In this document: positions 38,449 to 47,809 of the stretch, one piece after another
Position numbering within the stretch: the first letter of the stretch is position 1
Layout of the letters: each line of letters starts with the position of its first letter
From: Thermoleophilia bacterium
Lineage (GTDB): Bacteria > Actinomycetota > Thermoleophilia > Gaiellales > F1-60-MAGs149
Reading direction: 5' to 3'
Assembly: GCA_037133755.1 (NCBI GenBank)
Contig: JBAXNN010000001.1
Span: 246,795-310,794, forward strand
Length of the DNA stretch: 64,000 bases
Notes under the pieces: generated by a model
Databases searched by the model: none
The model's input: only the letters and a program-made list of their open reading frames with translations
Told to the model about the DNA's origin: nothing
Program-made: the position numbers and the translations under genes

Positions 38449-39602
38449 GGCGCGCTCGGCGGCACTCGGAGCCAGGGCGACGTGGTGGTCAGCTGCGTGA
38501 TGCGCCCCTCCGCGCTGCCGAGCGAGCCAATGCGCTGATCGAGCAGCGTCGCGCGCTGCTGCTCCGACAGGGCCGCGGTCGAGAGGTCGGTGATCTCGAC
38601 GGCGCGGTACAGCGTGATGTCGGACGTGATCTCGACCGGGAGGCCCTGGTAGATCGCCACCCGGCCCTCGGGCGTGGCACCGATGAAGTGCGCCCACTGC
38701 AGGCCGACCGCAACGGCGACGGCGACGAGGATGCCGACAGCAGCGACGGCGCCGATGATCGCAAGCAGGCGACCACGACCGCGGTCGCCCTTGGCGGCGG
38801 CGCGATCAACAGCCGAGGCCTGCGGCAGCTCGGAGCCAAGGGCGGTCGCCGGCAGGATCACGATCGGTGGTCGTTCGGGCTCGGTGTCCTCTTCGCGGCG
38901 CGAACCGATGCGCAGCAGCACGGCGGTGATGTTGTCCTCGCCGCCGGCCTTGTTGGCAGCCGTCACGAGCTGCTGTGCGAGGTGGTTCAGCTCGCCACCT
39001 CCGCGCAGGATGCGTGCGAGCTCGGCATCGCCGACCATGCCGGTCAGGCCGTCCGAGCAGAGCAGGATCAGATCACCGGTCTCGACGGGCACGCGCAGGA
39101 CATCGACGTCGACGGTGTCGTCGGCGCCGAGGGCACGGGTGATGACCGAACGCTGCGGGTGGCGCTCTGCCTCCTCGGGCGTGAGTGCGCCGCGGCGGAT
39201 CAGCTCGCCGACCAGCGAGTGGTCGTCGGTCAGCTGGCGCAGCTGGCCCGCGCGCAGCACGTACGCCCGCGAGTCGCCGACGTGCGCGAGCACCAGCGCC
39301 TCGCCATCGATCATCGCGGCGGTGATCGTCGTGCCCATGCCGAGCAGCGAGGCATCGTCGCGCGAGGCCGAGTGGATCCGCCGGTTGACGTCTTCGATGG
39401 TCTGCGCGAGTTCCTGCTCGCCACCCTCGAAGCCGTGCAGGGCCGCCACGGCCATCGCGCTGGCAACCTCGCCGGCACGGGCGCCGCCCATGCCGTCGGC
39501 GACGGCGAACACCGGGTCGGACAGGAGCAGCGCGTCCTCGTTGGACTGGCGCAGCTGGCCGACGTCGCTGCAGGCCCCGGCCTCGCGGATCACGAGTTTC
39601 AT
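38445..39602 (-). CDS. pstP: PP2C-type Ser/Thr phosphatase with TM anchor
   Basis: RQSNED, VADGMGG, GMGTT, HVGDSRAY, DHSLV, CSDGL, GGEDN. Confidence 0.93.
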   Translation of the reverse strand: MKLVIREAGACSDVGQLRQSNEDALLLSDPVFAVADGMGGARAGEVASAMAVAALHGFEGGEQELAQTIEDVNRRIHSASRDDASLLGMGTTITAAMIDGEALVLAHVGDSRAYVLRAGQLRQLTDDHSLVGELIRRGALTPEEAERHPQRSVITRALGADDTVDVDVLRVPVETGDLILLCSDGLTGMVGDAELARILRGGGELNHLAQQLVTAANKAGGEDNITAVLLRIGSRREEDTEPERPPIVILPATALGSELPQASAVDRAAAKGDRGRGRLLAIIGAVAAVGILVAVAVAVGLQWAHFIGATPEGRVAIYQGLPVEITSDITLYRAVEITDLSTAALSEQQRATLLDQRIGSLGSAEGRITQLTTTSPWLRVPPSAP

Positions 39603-39603
39603 G

Positions 39604-40104
39604 TCAGCTGCCCGGCTCGAAGATCATGTGCGTCGAGCCGACGGCGACCTCGTCGCCGGGCGAGAGGCGCGTCTCGATGGCGATGCGGTCGCCGTTGACG
39701 TACGTGCCGTTGGTCGAGCCGAGATCGACGATCGACGTGGAGGTGCCGCGCACGCGGACGATCGCGTGGCGCGCAGAGACGAACCCGTCGCCTTCGAGCA
39801 TGGCGGCGGCATGCGGATCGCGGCCGATCAGAACCTCGTGCTCCTCGAGCATCACCGCCGCACCAACGGGGAGGACGTCGCTGGCTACGACCAGCAGGCG
39901 GCCCGGCGGCGTCGGCTCCTCCTGGACGACAGCGGCGGGCTGGTCGCCCAGCGGCAGGGGATCGAACCCCTGCCCCGGCCGGATGATCATGCTCTCCTGG
40001 GCACCGCGGACATCGCGAATCGCCGTGCGCGCGATGCGCCAGACGAACAGATAGAGCAGGACCAGGACACCGATCCGCAGGACGAGGAGCGCCTGGTCGA
40101 CCAC
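39604..40104 (-). CDS. fhaB: Membrane-anchored FHA protein FhaB/FipA
   Basis: N-terminal TM (LLYLF); IGR, SARHA, DLGSTNGT. Confidence 0.88.
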   Translation of the reverse strand: MVDQALLVLRIGVLVLLYLFVWRIARTAIRDVRGAQESMIIRPGQGFDPLPLGDQPAAVVQEEPTPPGRLLVVASDVLPVGAAVMLEEHEVLIGRDPHAAAMLEGDGFVSARHAIVRVRGTSTSIVDLGSTNGTYVNGDRIAIETRLSPGDEVAVGSTHMIFEPGS

Positions 40105-40107
40105 GGC

Positions 40108-41091
40108 TCAGCCGTGCCGTTGCTCGATCCGCAGCGTGCTCGTTCCGAGCATGATCTCGTCGCCTTCACCGACCGTTGCGCTCTTTACGCGGCGGCCATT
40201 GACCGTCGTGCCATTGGTCGAATCGAGGTCGCGGAGCATGAACCCATCGGCGCTGCGACCGATTTCGGCATGGCGCCGCGAGACGTTGCCGTCGGCGAGC
40301 GGTACGTCGCAGTCCTTGCTGCGACCGATCACCAGCGCGGTGTCACCGAAGGGCACGACGCCGCCAGGCCAGACCAGCACCCACTGCGCGACCGGCGCCG
40401 GCGGCGGCGGGGGCGGGGTGACGACGGTCTCGGCAGCGGCGGGTTCCGGCACGGCGGCGACGGGCACGACCGGCGCAACCGGTGCGACCGGCGCGACGGG
40501 GGCCTCCTCGATGGCGAACGGATCGACCGTGACCGGCGGCACGGGCACGACCGGTGCCACGGGTGCCACGGGCGGGGCCGGCGGTGCCGGCGGGGCCGGC
40601 GGGGCGACGGGCGGCGGGGGCGGCGTCGCGGCAACGGCAGCCGCGGGTGCCGCGGGCTCGCCGGAGAACTCCTCTGGGAGGCGCACGCCCGGCGGCGGTG
40701 CATCGGGCGCCATCGGCGGCGGCGTCTCTTCCATCTCTGCGGCAATGCCGAACGTGCCGACATCAAGCTCGTCGGCGGTCTCGATCATCACGCGGGCGCG
40801 GTTGGGCAGCGAGTAGCCCTCGCGGCGCGCGTGCTCGGTCAGGTAGCCGGCCAGTTCGGTGCGCAGGCGCGCCTCGTAGGCGACGAACTGCTCACGATCC
40901 TCGGGCGCCAGATAGACGGTGTAGGCGTTGGGGACGTAGACGGTCTGCACGGAGATGACCTTGTTGTCGTCCATCTCCTTGGCCAGTTTGCGGGCCAGTT
41001 CGACGGGCTGGACGTTGGACTTGAAGGTACGGCCAATGCCGCCTTCGAAGACCCCTTCCAGCTTGCTCTCGATCCGTCGAAGAAACCCCAT
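40108..41091 (-). CDS. fhaA: FhaA (DUF3662 + FHA) protein
   Basis: F.SNVQPVELARKL, VPNAY.VYL; Pro/Ala/Val linker; IGRS, SRRHA, DLDSTNGT. Confidence 0.92.
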   Translation of the reverse strand: MGFLRRIESKLEGVFEGGIGRTFKSNVQPVELARKLAKEMDDNKVISVQTVYVPNAYTVYLAPEDREQFVAYEARLRTELAGYLTEHARREGYSLPNRARVMIETADELDVGTFGIAAEMEETPPPMAPDAPPPGVRLPEEFSGEPAAPAAAVAATPPPPPVAPPAPPAPPAPPVAPVAPVVPVPPVTVDPFAIEEAPVAPVAPVAPVVPVAAVPEPAAAETVVTPPPPPPAPVAQWVLVWPGGVVPFGDTALVIGRSKDCDVPLADGNVSRRHAEIGRSADGFMLRDLDSTNGTTVNGRRVKSATVGEGDEIMLGTSTLRIEQRHG

Positions 41092-41101
41092 TGCACTTCC
41101 C

Positions 41102-42943
41102 TCAGTTGGCATTCACAGCCGCAGCGGAAGCCGCTTCAGGCCGCCGCGCGCGGATGAGAATCACTATACCCGCCGCCCCTGCGCCCATCACGGTCGCGAG
41201 CGGGGCGACGAGGGTGCCACTGAGGGCAATGCCGATCGCGAAGGTGGCCAGCGTGCCGATGCCCAGCCACAGCCCGGCCGCCGTCAGCAGCGCGCGGCCG
41301 CGTGCCGCGAGGACGGCGGGGGCGGTCACTGCGAGGGTGGCCCACAGCACGGCAAGGAGCAGCGGACCGAAGCCGATCGCGGCGGCAACCGTGCCTGCGG
41401 TGACGATCACGTCGTCCGACGCCGCAATGCGGGTTCCGAGCGTGGCCAGATCGAGCGCGGGCGTGAGCGGCGAGCCGAACCCGCTCAGACCCAGCACGAC
41501 CGTCATCGTGAGGGCGCCGGCCGCACCCAGCGCGCCGCGCACCCACACGCGTGGCGAGGCGCCACACAGCAGCGGATAGAGCGCCCACGCGAAACAGACG
41601 GTGACAAGCGGTGCGAGCAAGGGCAGGAGCGCGCGCCGGCCATCGCGCAGCATCAGGATCATCCAAATGCCCAGCAGGATGGCGGCAGGAGGCACCAGGC
41701 CGAACGCGAGATTGCCGAGCAGCGGCAGCGCGGCGGCAAGCACGAGTCCGGCACCGAGCCACGGCAGGCGCAGCGCCACGATCGCGGCGAGAATGCCAAT
41801 GGCGACGGGCCAGCCGGTCGGATAGAACGGCAGCGACCCGAGCAGCACGGTTCCGGCGACGCCGGTCAGGGCAGACGGCGTGTAGGGCTGTGCACGCTCG
41901 AGCAGCGTGGTCAGCTGCTGCTCGACGGCCATGCGCTGATCCGTGGAGCGACCGTGCGACCGGGCGTGGCTCTCGCTCTGGCTGGCATGGTCGTGCCGGT
42001 CCGGCACGGCGCGCAGCCAGCGCTTGCGGAGGTTGACGCGGGGATCGGGGCGGGGAACCTCGATCGACGGATCCATGTCGGCCTGACCGCGCTCCATGGC
42101 AATCGCGCCGCGGAGCAGGGCATCGCGCAACTGGCCTGGCAGCGGGCGGCGCTGGTTATCCGGATCGAGCGCGCGGTCGATCATCTTGGTCGCGACGCTC
42201 GGCAGGTCGGGCCGGTCGTTCTGCAGCGAGAGGCGCAGCTTCTTGTGCTTCTCCGCGAGCTCGACCGGATTCTTCGAGCGGTAGGGATTGCGACGCGTCA
42301 GCGCCTCGTAGGCGACGAGTGCGGACGACCACACGTCGGTCGAGCCGGTCGTCATGTCGCCACGCACCTGCTCGGGCGACATGTAGGAGAGCGTGCCGAG
42401 CAGGCTCTCGTCGACGGTCGCGTCAGGGTGATCGATCTGGGCGATGCCGAAGTCGGTCAGCTTGAGGATCCCGTCCTCGCGCAGCAGGATGTTGCCCGGC
42501 TTGACGTCGCGGTGGATGACGGACTTGCTGTGCGCGTGCTCGAGGGCATCGCAGACCGCCGCGACGGCGCGCAGGATCTCGGACTCCTCGAGGCGCTTCT
42601 CCTTGAGGACGTCGGACAGGTCGTTGCCGCGCACGAGCTCGAAGGCCACGTAGATGTAGTCATCGTCTTCGGCACTGCCGCGCATCTTCACGATCGCGCC
42701 GTGATCGAGCGTGCCGGCGCACTGCATCTCGCGGCGCGCGCGCTTGCGGAGCTTCTCCTGGGCAGGGATCGCCTTGAGGGCAATCAGCTCGCCGGTCTGC
42801 AGATCCTCGGCCTCGAAAACGGTCGCACTCCCGCCGACACCGATGGTTTCGATGATCCGAAAACGATCGGCGACGATGCCTTCGGGGTACAGCGGCGGGA
42901 CTGCGCGCGTGCGCGACGTGCTCCTCAGCGGATGGACGCTCAC
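41102..42943 (-). CDS. Ser/Thr protein kinase with polytopic C-terminal membrane domain
   Basis: GVGGSATV, ALK, HRDVKPGN, DFGIA, YMSPEQ; roughly 8-10 hydrophobic segments; start inferred at GTG 42943. Confidence 0.88.
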   Translation of the reverse strand: MSVHPLRSTSRTRAVPPLYPEGIVADRFRIIETIGVGGSATVFEAEDLQTGELIALKAIPAQEKLRKRARREMQCAGTLDHGAIVKMRGSAEDDDYIYVAFELVRGNDLSDVLKEKRLEESEILRAVAAVCDALEHAHSKSVIHRDVKPGNILLREDGILKLTDFGIAQIDHPDATVDESLLGTLSYMSPEQVRGDMTTGSTDVWSSALVAYEALTRRNPYRSKNPVELAEKHKKLRLSLQNDRPDLPSVATKMIDRALDPDNQRRPLPGQLRDALLRGAIAMERGQADMDPSIEVPRPDPRVNLRKRWLRAVPDRHDHASQSESHARSHGRSTDQRMAVEQQLTTLLERAQPYTPSALTGVAGTVLLGSLPFYPTGWPVAIGILAAIVALRLPWLGAGLVLAAALPLLGNLAFGLVPPAAILLGIWMILMLRDGRRALLPLLAPLVTVCFAWALYPLLCGASPRVWVRGALGAAGALTMTVVLGLSGFGSPLTPALDLATLGTRIAASDDVIVTAGTVAAAIGFGPLLLAVLWATLAVTAPAVLAARGRALLTAAGLWLGIGTLATFAIGIALSGTLVAPLATVMGAGAAGIVILIRARRPEAASAAAVNAN

Positions 42944-43024
42944 CGTGTCTGACCGTCGTTCCCAGCAGGAACGGGTGATAATGTGGCGAAATGCGGAGGC
43001 TGCACGGCTCTCCGTACGCCATCT

Positions 43025-44236
43025 ATGCCAGCTTTCCTTTCCTTCTTCGACGACGACTACGAACTCGACGAGGCTCCGCCGTCGCGCAGCGCGCGCAAGC
43101 GGCCCTCGATGCCGAGCGCACCCAAGGGCAAGGGTCCCCAGCGCCTCCTCGTCCTCGTCATCGGCATCCTGATCGTTCTCGTTGCCGGCTACTTCCTCGT
43201 GCAGCGCTGTCAGCGCGACCGTGAAGTCTCGGCGTACCAGAGCTACGTCTCCCAGTCGAACGAGGTCGCGAAGGCCTCGGGCACGGTCGGGTCCGAGTTC
43301 TCCGCGGCGATCCTGACCGCCGGCCAGACGCCGGATGGCCTCGACAAGTCGCTCACGCGCGAGATCCAGTCGCAGCAGCAGATTGCGAAGAACGCCGCCG
43401 ACCTGAGCGCGCCCGACGGCGTCAGCGCATACAAGCCGTTCCTCGTGCAGTCGATGCAGTACCGCGTGAGCGGCCTGCAGGGACTGCAGAAGGCATTGCG
43501 CGACGCCTTCAATTCGGCGGGCACGACCGGCCAGGTGCCGCTCGAGCAGTCTGCCGCGGTGGCCGCCACGTTCCAGCGCCTGATCGCCTCCGACGTCGTC
43601 TACTCCGACTCGTACCAGGAGCCGGTCAAGCAGGTGCTCGCGCAGAAGTCGATCAACGCGACGGTCGAGGACTCCCAGTTCGTCGATCCCAAGCTGATCG
43701 AATTCGCCGCACCGCAGCGCATGCAGTCGATCCTGAACGCGCTGCTCGGCGGCGTCCCGGTCGACGGCGGCGGTACGGCGGTGACGACGACCGACGCCAA
43801 CGGCAACGTCGTCACGAGCACCGAGAGCGCGGCGACCGACACCACGGGTGCGCTGCACGGCACGACGCTGATCAGCACGCTGTTCAACCCGGGTGGCACG
43901 CAGCTCGATCCGGCTTCGGTCAACGAGGTCGACAGCGCAAACGACATGTCACTCGCCATCACCGTGCAGAACTCCGGTGACGCCACCGAGGTCTCCGTCA
44001 AGGTCAACGTCGTCCTGCGCGCCAAGGGCATGGACGACCGCACGCTGCCGACGGGTGAGATCACGACGCTGGATCCGGGTGCCCAGGGCACCGTCGAGAT
44101 TCCGTTCGGCCTGTCCGACATCGTCTTCGACAGCGTGGTCACCGCCAAGGTGACGGTCGAGAAGGTGCCGGGCGAGCAGAACATCGACAACAACATCGGC
44201 GTCTACCAGATCCAGTTCCGCCTGAAGCCCGCGTAG
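43025..44236 (+). CDS. Membrane-anchored helical protein with C-terminal CARDB/Ig-like domain
   Basis: SFFDDD N-terminus, TM, helical region, Thr-rich linker, VQNSG...LDPG...VPGEQNIDNN. Confidence 0.7.
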   Translation: MPAFLSFFDDDYELDEAPPSRSARKRPSMPSAPKGKGPQRLLVLVIGILIVLVAGYFLVQRCQRDREVSAYQSYVSQSNEVAKASGTVGSEFSAAILTAGQTPDGLDKSLTREIQSQQQIAKNAADLSAPDGVSAYKPFLVQSMQYRVSGLQGLQKALRDAFNSAGTTGQVPLEQSAAVAATFQRLIASDVVYSDSYQEPVKQVLAQKSINATVEDSQFVDPKLIEFAAPQRMQSILNALLGGVPVDGGGTAVTTTDANGNVVTSTESAATDTTGALHGTTLISTLFNPGGTQLDPASVNEVDSANDMSLAITVQNSGDATEVSVKVNVVLRAKGMDDRTLPTGEITTLDPGAQGTVEIPFGLSDIVFDSVVTAKVTVEKVPGEQNIDNNIGVYQIQFRLKPA

Positions 44237-44249
44237 GGACGAGCCGGCC

Positions 44250-44738
44250 GTGACCACGGAGCTGCAGGGCACGGTGGCGCTCGTCGTCGCGATCGGTGGT
44301 GTAGTGCTCGCGGTCATCGCCATGGTGCTCGCGCTCCGGATGCTGCAATGGTCGAACCGTCTGCGACGGGCCGAGCAGGCGCTGCTGGACGGCGAGCCCG
44401 TCGATCTCGTCGAGTTCGCGGTCGGCATGCAGGCCCGCATGGAACGCCTCGAGCATGACGAGGCGCGGCTGCGCGACGAGGTCGTGTCGGCGCTTGGCGC
44501 ACTCGACGTGCTCTTGCGCCGCCGCTCGATCGTGCGCTTCGACGCCAACGAGGATGAGGAGGGTCGGCGCTCGACCTCGCTCGCCTTGCTTGATCGGCAT
44601 GGCTCGGGCATCGTGATCAGCGCGGTACACGCGGGCAGCTCGACGAGCGTGTTCGTCAAGGACGTGCTGCGGGGCGGGGCGGGCTCGCTCGAGCTGACGC
44701 CCGAAGAGCTGCGTGCCGTCCAGCACGCCCTTCGCTGA
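44250..44738 (+). CDS. DUF4446-like membrane-anchored protein
   Basis: TM, coiled coil, IVRFDA, S.SLALLD..GSGIVIS, LTPEE. Confidence 0.75.
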   Translation: MTTELQGTVALVVAIGGVVLAVIAMVLALRMLQWSNRLRRAEQALLDGEPVDLVEFAVGMQARMERLEHDEARLRDEVVSALGALDVLLRRRSIVRFDANEDEEGRRSTSLALLDRHGSGIVISAVHAGSSTSVFVKDVLRGGAGSLELTPEELRAVQHALR

Positions 44739-44793
44739 GCGTCGATCGCGGCGATCCGGTGAACAGCGGGGGATCAGGGAGTACCCTCGGCGC

Positions 44794-45342
44794 ATGGCCG
44801 GATCGGTGCTCGTGCTGAACGCGACGTATGAACCCCTCAACGTGACGAGTCTGTGGCGAGCCTGCAGCTTGATTCTTTCTCGTAAAGCCGAGGTGCTGGA
44901 GGCGGACCCCGAGCGCGAGATCCGCTCACCGTCGACCACCCTGCCGCACCCGATTGTGATCCGTCTCGTGGCGTACGTCCGCGTGCCGCACTTCACGTCG
45001 CGGCGCATCACCCGGCGCGCCCTCTTCGCCCGCGATACGCACGCGTGCCAGTACTGCGGCAGTCGCACCCGTCTGACGCTCGATCACGTGGTGCCACGTT
45101 CGCGCGGTGGTGGGTCGAGCTGGGACAACGTCGTGACGGCCTGCGCGCCCTGCAACCTGCGCAAGAGCGACCGCTTGCCGCACGAGGCCGGGATGCCGCT
45201 GCGCCGACTGCCCCGCGCACCCCATCCCGATCTGTACCTAACCCTCGGCACGCGCTCGATTCCCGCCGGCTGGTACCCGTATCTCCCGGCTCGCGCACTG
45301 GCGTTCGCCGAGGACACCGCCGAGTTGCCCTTCGCTGCTTGA
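44794..45342 (+). CDS. HNH endonuclease (McrA/HNH_5 type)
   Basis: LVLNATYEPL, RD..CQYCG, TLDHVVPRSRGG, W.NVV.AC..CN..K. Confidence 0.92.
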   Translation: MAGSVLVLNATYEPLNVTSLWRACSLILSRKAEVLEADPEREIRSPSTTLPHPIVIRLVAYVRVPHFTSRRITRRALFARDTHACQYCGSRTRLTLDHVVPRSRGGGSSWDNVVTACAPCNLRKSDRLPHEAGMPLRRLPRAPHPDLYLTLGTRSIPAGWYPYLPARALAFAEDTAELPFAA

Positions 45343-45389
45343 GCGCAGGGACGGTCCGCGCACAGGTGCTACCGTCGCCACCGGTCGGC

Positions 45390-46892
45390 ATGAGCGAACC
45401 TGAGACCCCATCCACCTCCCGTGCAGCCCGGCATCTCGGCCTGCTGTCGGAGACCGTCGAGGCCGTCACGAGCTCGTTGGATCTCGCCGAGGTGACGGAT
45501 GCCGTGGCCGTTGCCGTGGCGCGGGCCTTTGGGACCGATGCCTGCTTCGTGTACGCCTACGACGAGACGACGAATGATCTCGTGCTGCAGGCGGTCCACG
45601 GGACCCACGTGGAGGCAACGGCCGGGCCGCCACGCATGCAGGTCGGTGAGGGATTGACGGGCTGGGCGGCGGAGACCCGCGAGCCCGTCTCGATCGCGGC
45701 CGAGGCCCATCTCGATGCGCGTTTCAAGGAGTTTCCGAATCTGCCGGAGCGGCGCTTCCAGTCACTGCTCGCCGTGCCGATCCTCGATCGCCGCGAGCGT
45801 CTGGCCGGCGCGATGAACGTCCGTACCGTTGAGCCGCGCGAGTACCACCCTGACGAGATCGAGCTGCTCGAGACAATCGCACGGCAGGTCGCGCAGGCCA
45901 TCGAGAACGCGCGACTCTACGAGCGCTCGCAGCGTCGCGTGGCAGAGCTCGAGGCGCTCGGCAGCATCTCGCAGGCGGTGGCCGAGTCGCTCTACCTCGA
46001 GGAAGCGCTCGCGCATATCGCGGAGGCTGCTGCGAAGGCCGCGCATGCCGAGGTCTGCGCGCTGATCGTCGACGGTCCGGAGGGCACCGCCCTGGCGAGC
46101 CGCTCCACGACGGACGGTCCGACCGATGATGAGTTGGTCGCCCTTTCGGAGATGGCACCGCTCGATGCCGATGGCGTCTTCGCGCTGCCGCTGCTGTGGA
46201 AGGCGCGCCGTGTCGGTGCGCTCGTGGTGATCACGCCCGGCCGGCGGCCGTTCACGAACGAGGAGCGAATCCTGTTGCGCTCGGTCGCCAACCAGGCGGC
46301 CACCGCGGTCGAGTCGAGCCGCGGCGTGATGCGCGGCATCGTCGCCCAGGAGATCCACCACCGCGTCAAGAACAACCTGCAGACCGTCGCCTCGCTCCTG
46401 CGGCTGCGTGCCAGCGGCGCCGATCCCCAGCGCGCACTCGCGGACTCCGTCGATCGCATCCTCTCGATCGCCGAGGTGCACGACCTGCTGACCGCGAGCC
46501 GTGAGGGCGATGTCGATCTGAGCGATCTGATCCGTCGCGTCTCGGCGATGCTCGGGCATGGCCTGGGCACGCCGGCAGCCGCCGAGGAGATCGCGCACGT
46601 CGAGGTACCGGGCGATACCGCGACCGCCGTAGCGTTGATCTTCTCCGAGCTATACGCCAATGCGCATGAGCATGGCGGTGGCGACGTGCATGTCTCTCTG
46701 CAGGAGTCCGCGGGGACGATCGAACTCGTCGTTGCCGATGCGGGCCCGGGTCTGCCGGCGGGCTTCACGCCGGAGCAATCACTGGGGCTCAAGATCGCAC
46801 GGGCCCTTGCAGCCGACCAACTGCGGGGTGAGCTGGTGCTCGAGGAGGGCTCGCCGGGTGTGCGTGCGCGGCTGACGTGGAGTCGGGCATGA
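45390..46892 (+). CDS. Cytoplasmic GAF-GAF sensor histidine kinase, HisKA_2 type (PdtaS/EutW-like)
   Basis: GEGLTGW and SLLAVPI GAF motifs; EIHHRVKNNLQ; ELYANAHEH, DAGPG, SLGL; no TM. Confidence 0.88.
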   Translation: MSEPETPSTSRAARHLGLLSETVEAVTSSLDLAEVTDAVAVAVARAFGTDACFVYAYDETTNDLVLQAVHGTHVEATAGPPRMQVGEGLTGWAAETREPVSIAAEAHLDARFKEFPNLPERRFQSLLAVPILDRRERLAGAMNVRTVEPREYHPDEIELLETIARQVAQAIENARLYERSQRRVAELEALGSISQAVAESLYLEEALAHIAEAAAKAAHAEVCALIVDGPEGTALASRSTTDGPTDDELVALSEMAPLDADGVFALPLLWKARRVGALVVITPGRRPFTNEERILLRSVANQAATAVESSRGVMRGIVAQEIHHRVKNNLQTVASLLRLRASGADPQRALADSVDRILSIAEVHDLLTASREGDVDLSDLIRRVSAMLGHGLGTPAAAEEIAHVEVPGDTATAVALIFSELYANAHEHGGGDVHVSLQESAGTIELVVADAGPGLPAGFTPEQSLGLKIARALAADQLRGELVLEEGSPGVRARLTWSRA

Positions 46893-47464
46893 GGATCCTG
46901 ATCGCCGAGGACGAGACGATCATCCGCCTCGACGTGCGCACGCTGCTCGAGAAGGCGGGCCATGAGGTCGTCGCCGAGGCCCGCGATGGCCAGGAGGCCG
47001 TGGCACTGGCGGAGGAGCACGACCCCGAGTTGATCGTGATGGACGTGCGTATGCCGCACATGGATGGCATCGAGGCGGCACGGCAGATCACCGATCGCAA
47101 GCCCGTCCCGATCGTGATGCTGACGGCCTACGCCGAACAAGATCTTGTGACGCGCGCCTCCGAAGCCGGCGCCTTCGCCTATCTGGTCAAGCCGTTTCGT
47201 GAGGTCGACCTCTTGCCGGCGCTCGACACGGCGCGCGCCCGCTTCGAGGAGCTGTCGGCGCTGCGCGATGAGGCGGCCGACCTCGCCGAGGCCCTCGCCT
47301 CCCGCAAGGCCGTCGAGCGCGCCAAGGGGATCCTGATGCAGAAGGACGGCATCGACGAGGCCGAGGCCTTCCGCCGCATCCGCGCTGCGAGCCAGAAGAC
47401 GGGCCGCACGATGCGTGTCGTCGCCGAGGCGCTGATCGCCACCTTTGACGAGTCGCCGCAGTGA
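46889..47464 (+). CDS. pdtaR: ANTAR-domain response regulator (PdtaR/NasT family)
   Basis: AEDE.IIRLD, MDVRMP.MDG, LTAY, YLVKPF; RKAVERAKGILM, EAEAFR. Confidence 0.88.
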   Translation: MRILIAEDETIIRLDVRTLLEKAGHEVVAEARDGQEAVALAEEHDPELIVMDVRMPHMDGIEAARQITDRKPVPIVMLTAYAEQDLVTRASEAGAFAYLVKPFREVDLLPALDTARARFEELSALRDEAADLAEALASRKAVERAKGILMQKDGIDEAEAFRRIRAASQKTGRTMRVVAEALIATFDESPQ

Positions 47465-47754
47465 GCGTCTCGCCCGACGTTGTCGAGCGCAAGGGCACGG
47501 GGAGTGACACCAACCTCGGGCCGCCGTGGCGCGTGATCGTCCTGAACGACGACCACAACACGTTCGAGGGTGTGGCGCGCTCGCTCGCTGCGGTCCTCCC
47601 CGGCGTGGACTACGCCAAGGGCATGGCCTTCGCCAACCGCATCCACAAGTCGGGCCAGGCGATCGTCTGGACGGGGCATCAGGAGCTGGCCGAGCTGTAT
47701 CACGAGCAGCTGGGCGAGCGCGGCCTGACGATGGCCCCGCTCGAGCAGGCCTAG
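47461..47754 (+). CDS. clpS: Clp protease adaptor ClpS
   Basis: WRVIVLNDDHNTF, IHKSGQAIV; GTGA overlap. Confidence 0.88.
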   Translation: MSVSPDVVERKGTGSDTNLGPPWRVIVLNDDHNTFEGVARSLAAVLPGVDYAKGMAFANRIHKSGQAIVWTGHQELAELYHEQLGERGLTMAPLEQA

Positions 47755-47809
47755 CCCCGCCCGGAGAGGGTCGGTAGAAATAACGGCCCTGTGGCGGTAC
47801 ATTAGACAG

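Noticed and set aside
42944-43858. Apparent 300-aa N-terminal extension of the membrane kinase (918-aa ORF)
   Set aside because: It is the antisense shadow of the CARDB gene; the kinase domain starts just after 42943.
44794-45342. HNH nuclease as a defence or mobile element
   Set aside because: Matches the widespread chromosomal actinobacterial HNH family; no methylase, ATPase, intron or insertion signatures nearby.
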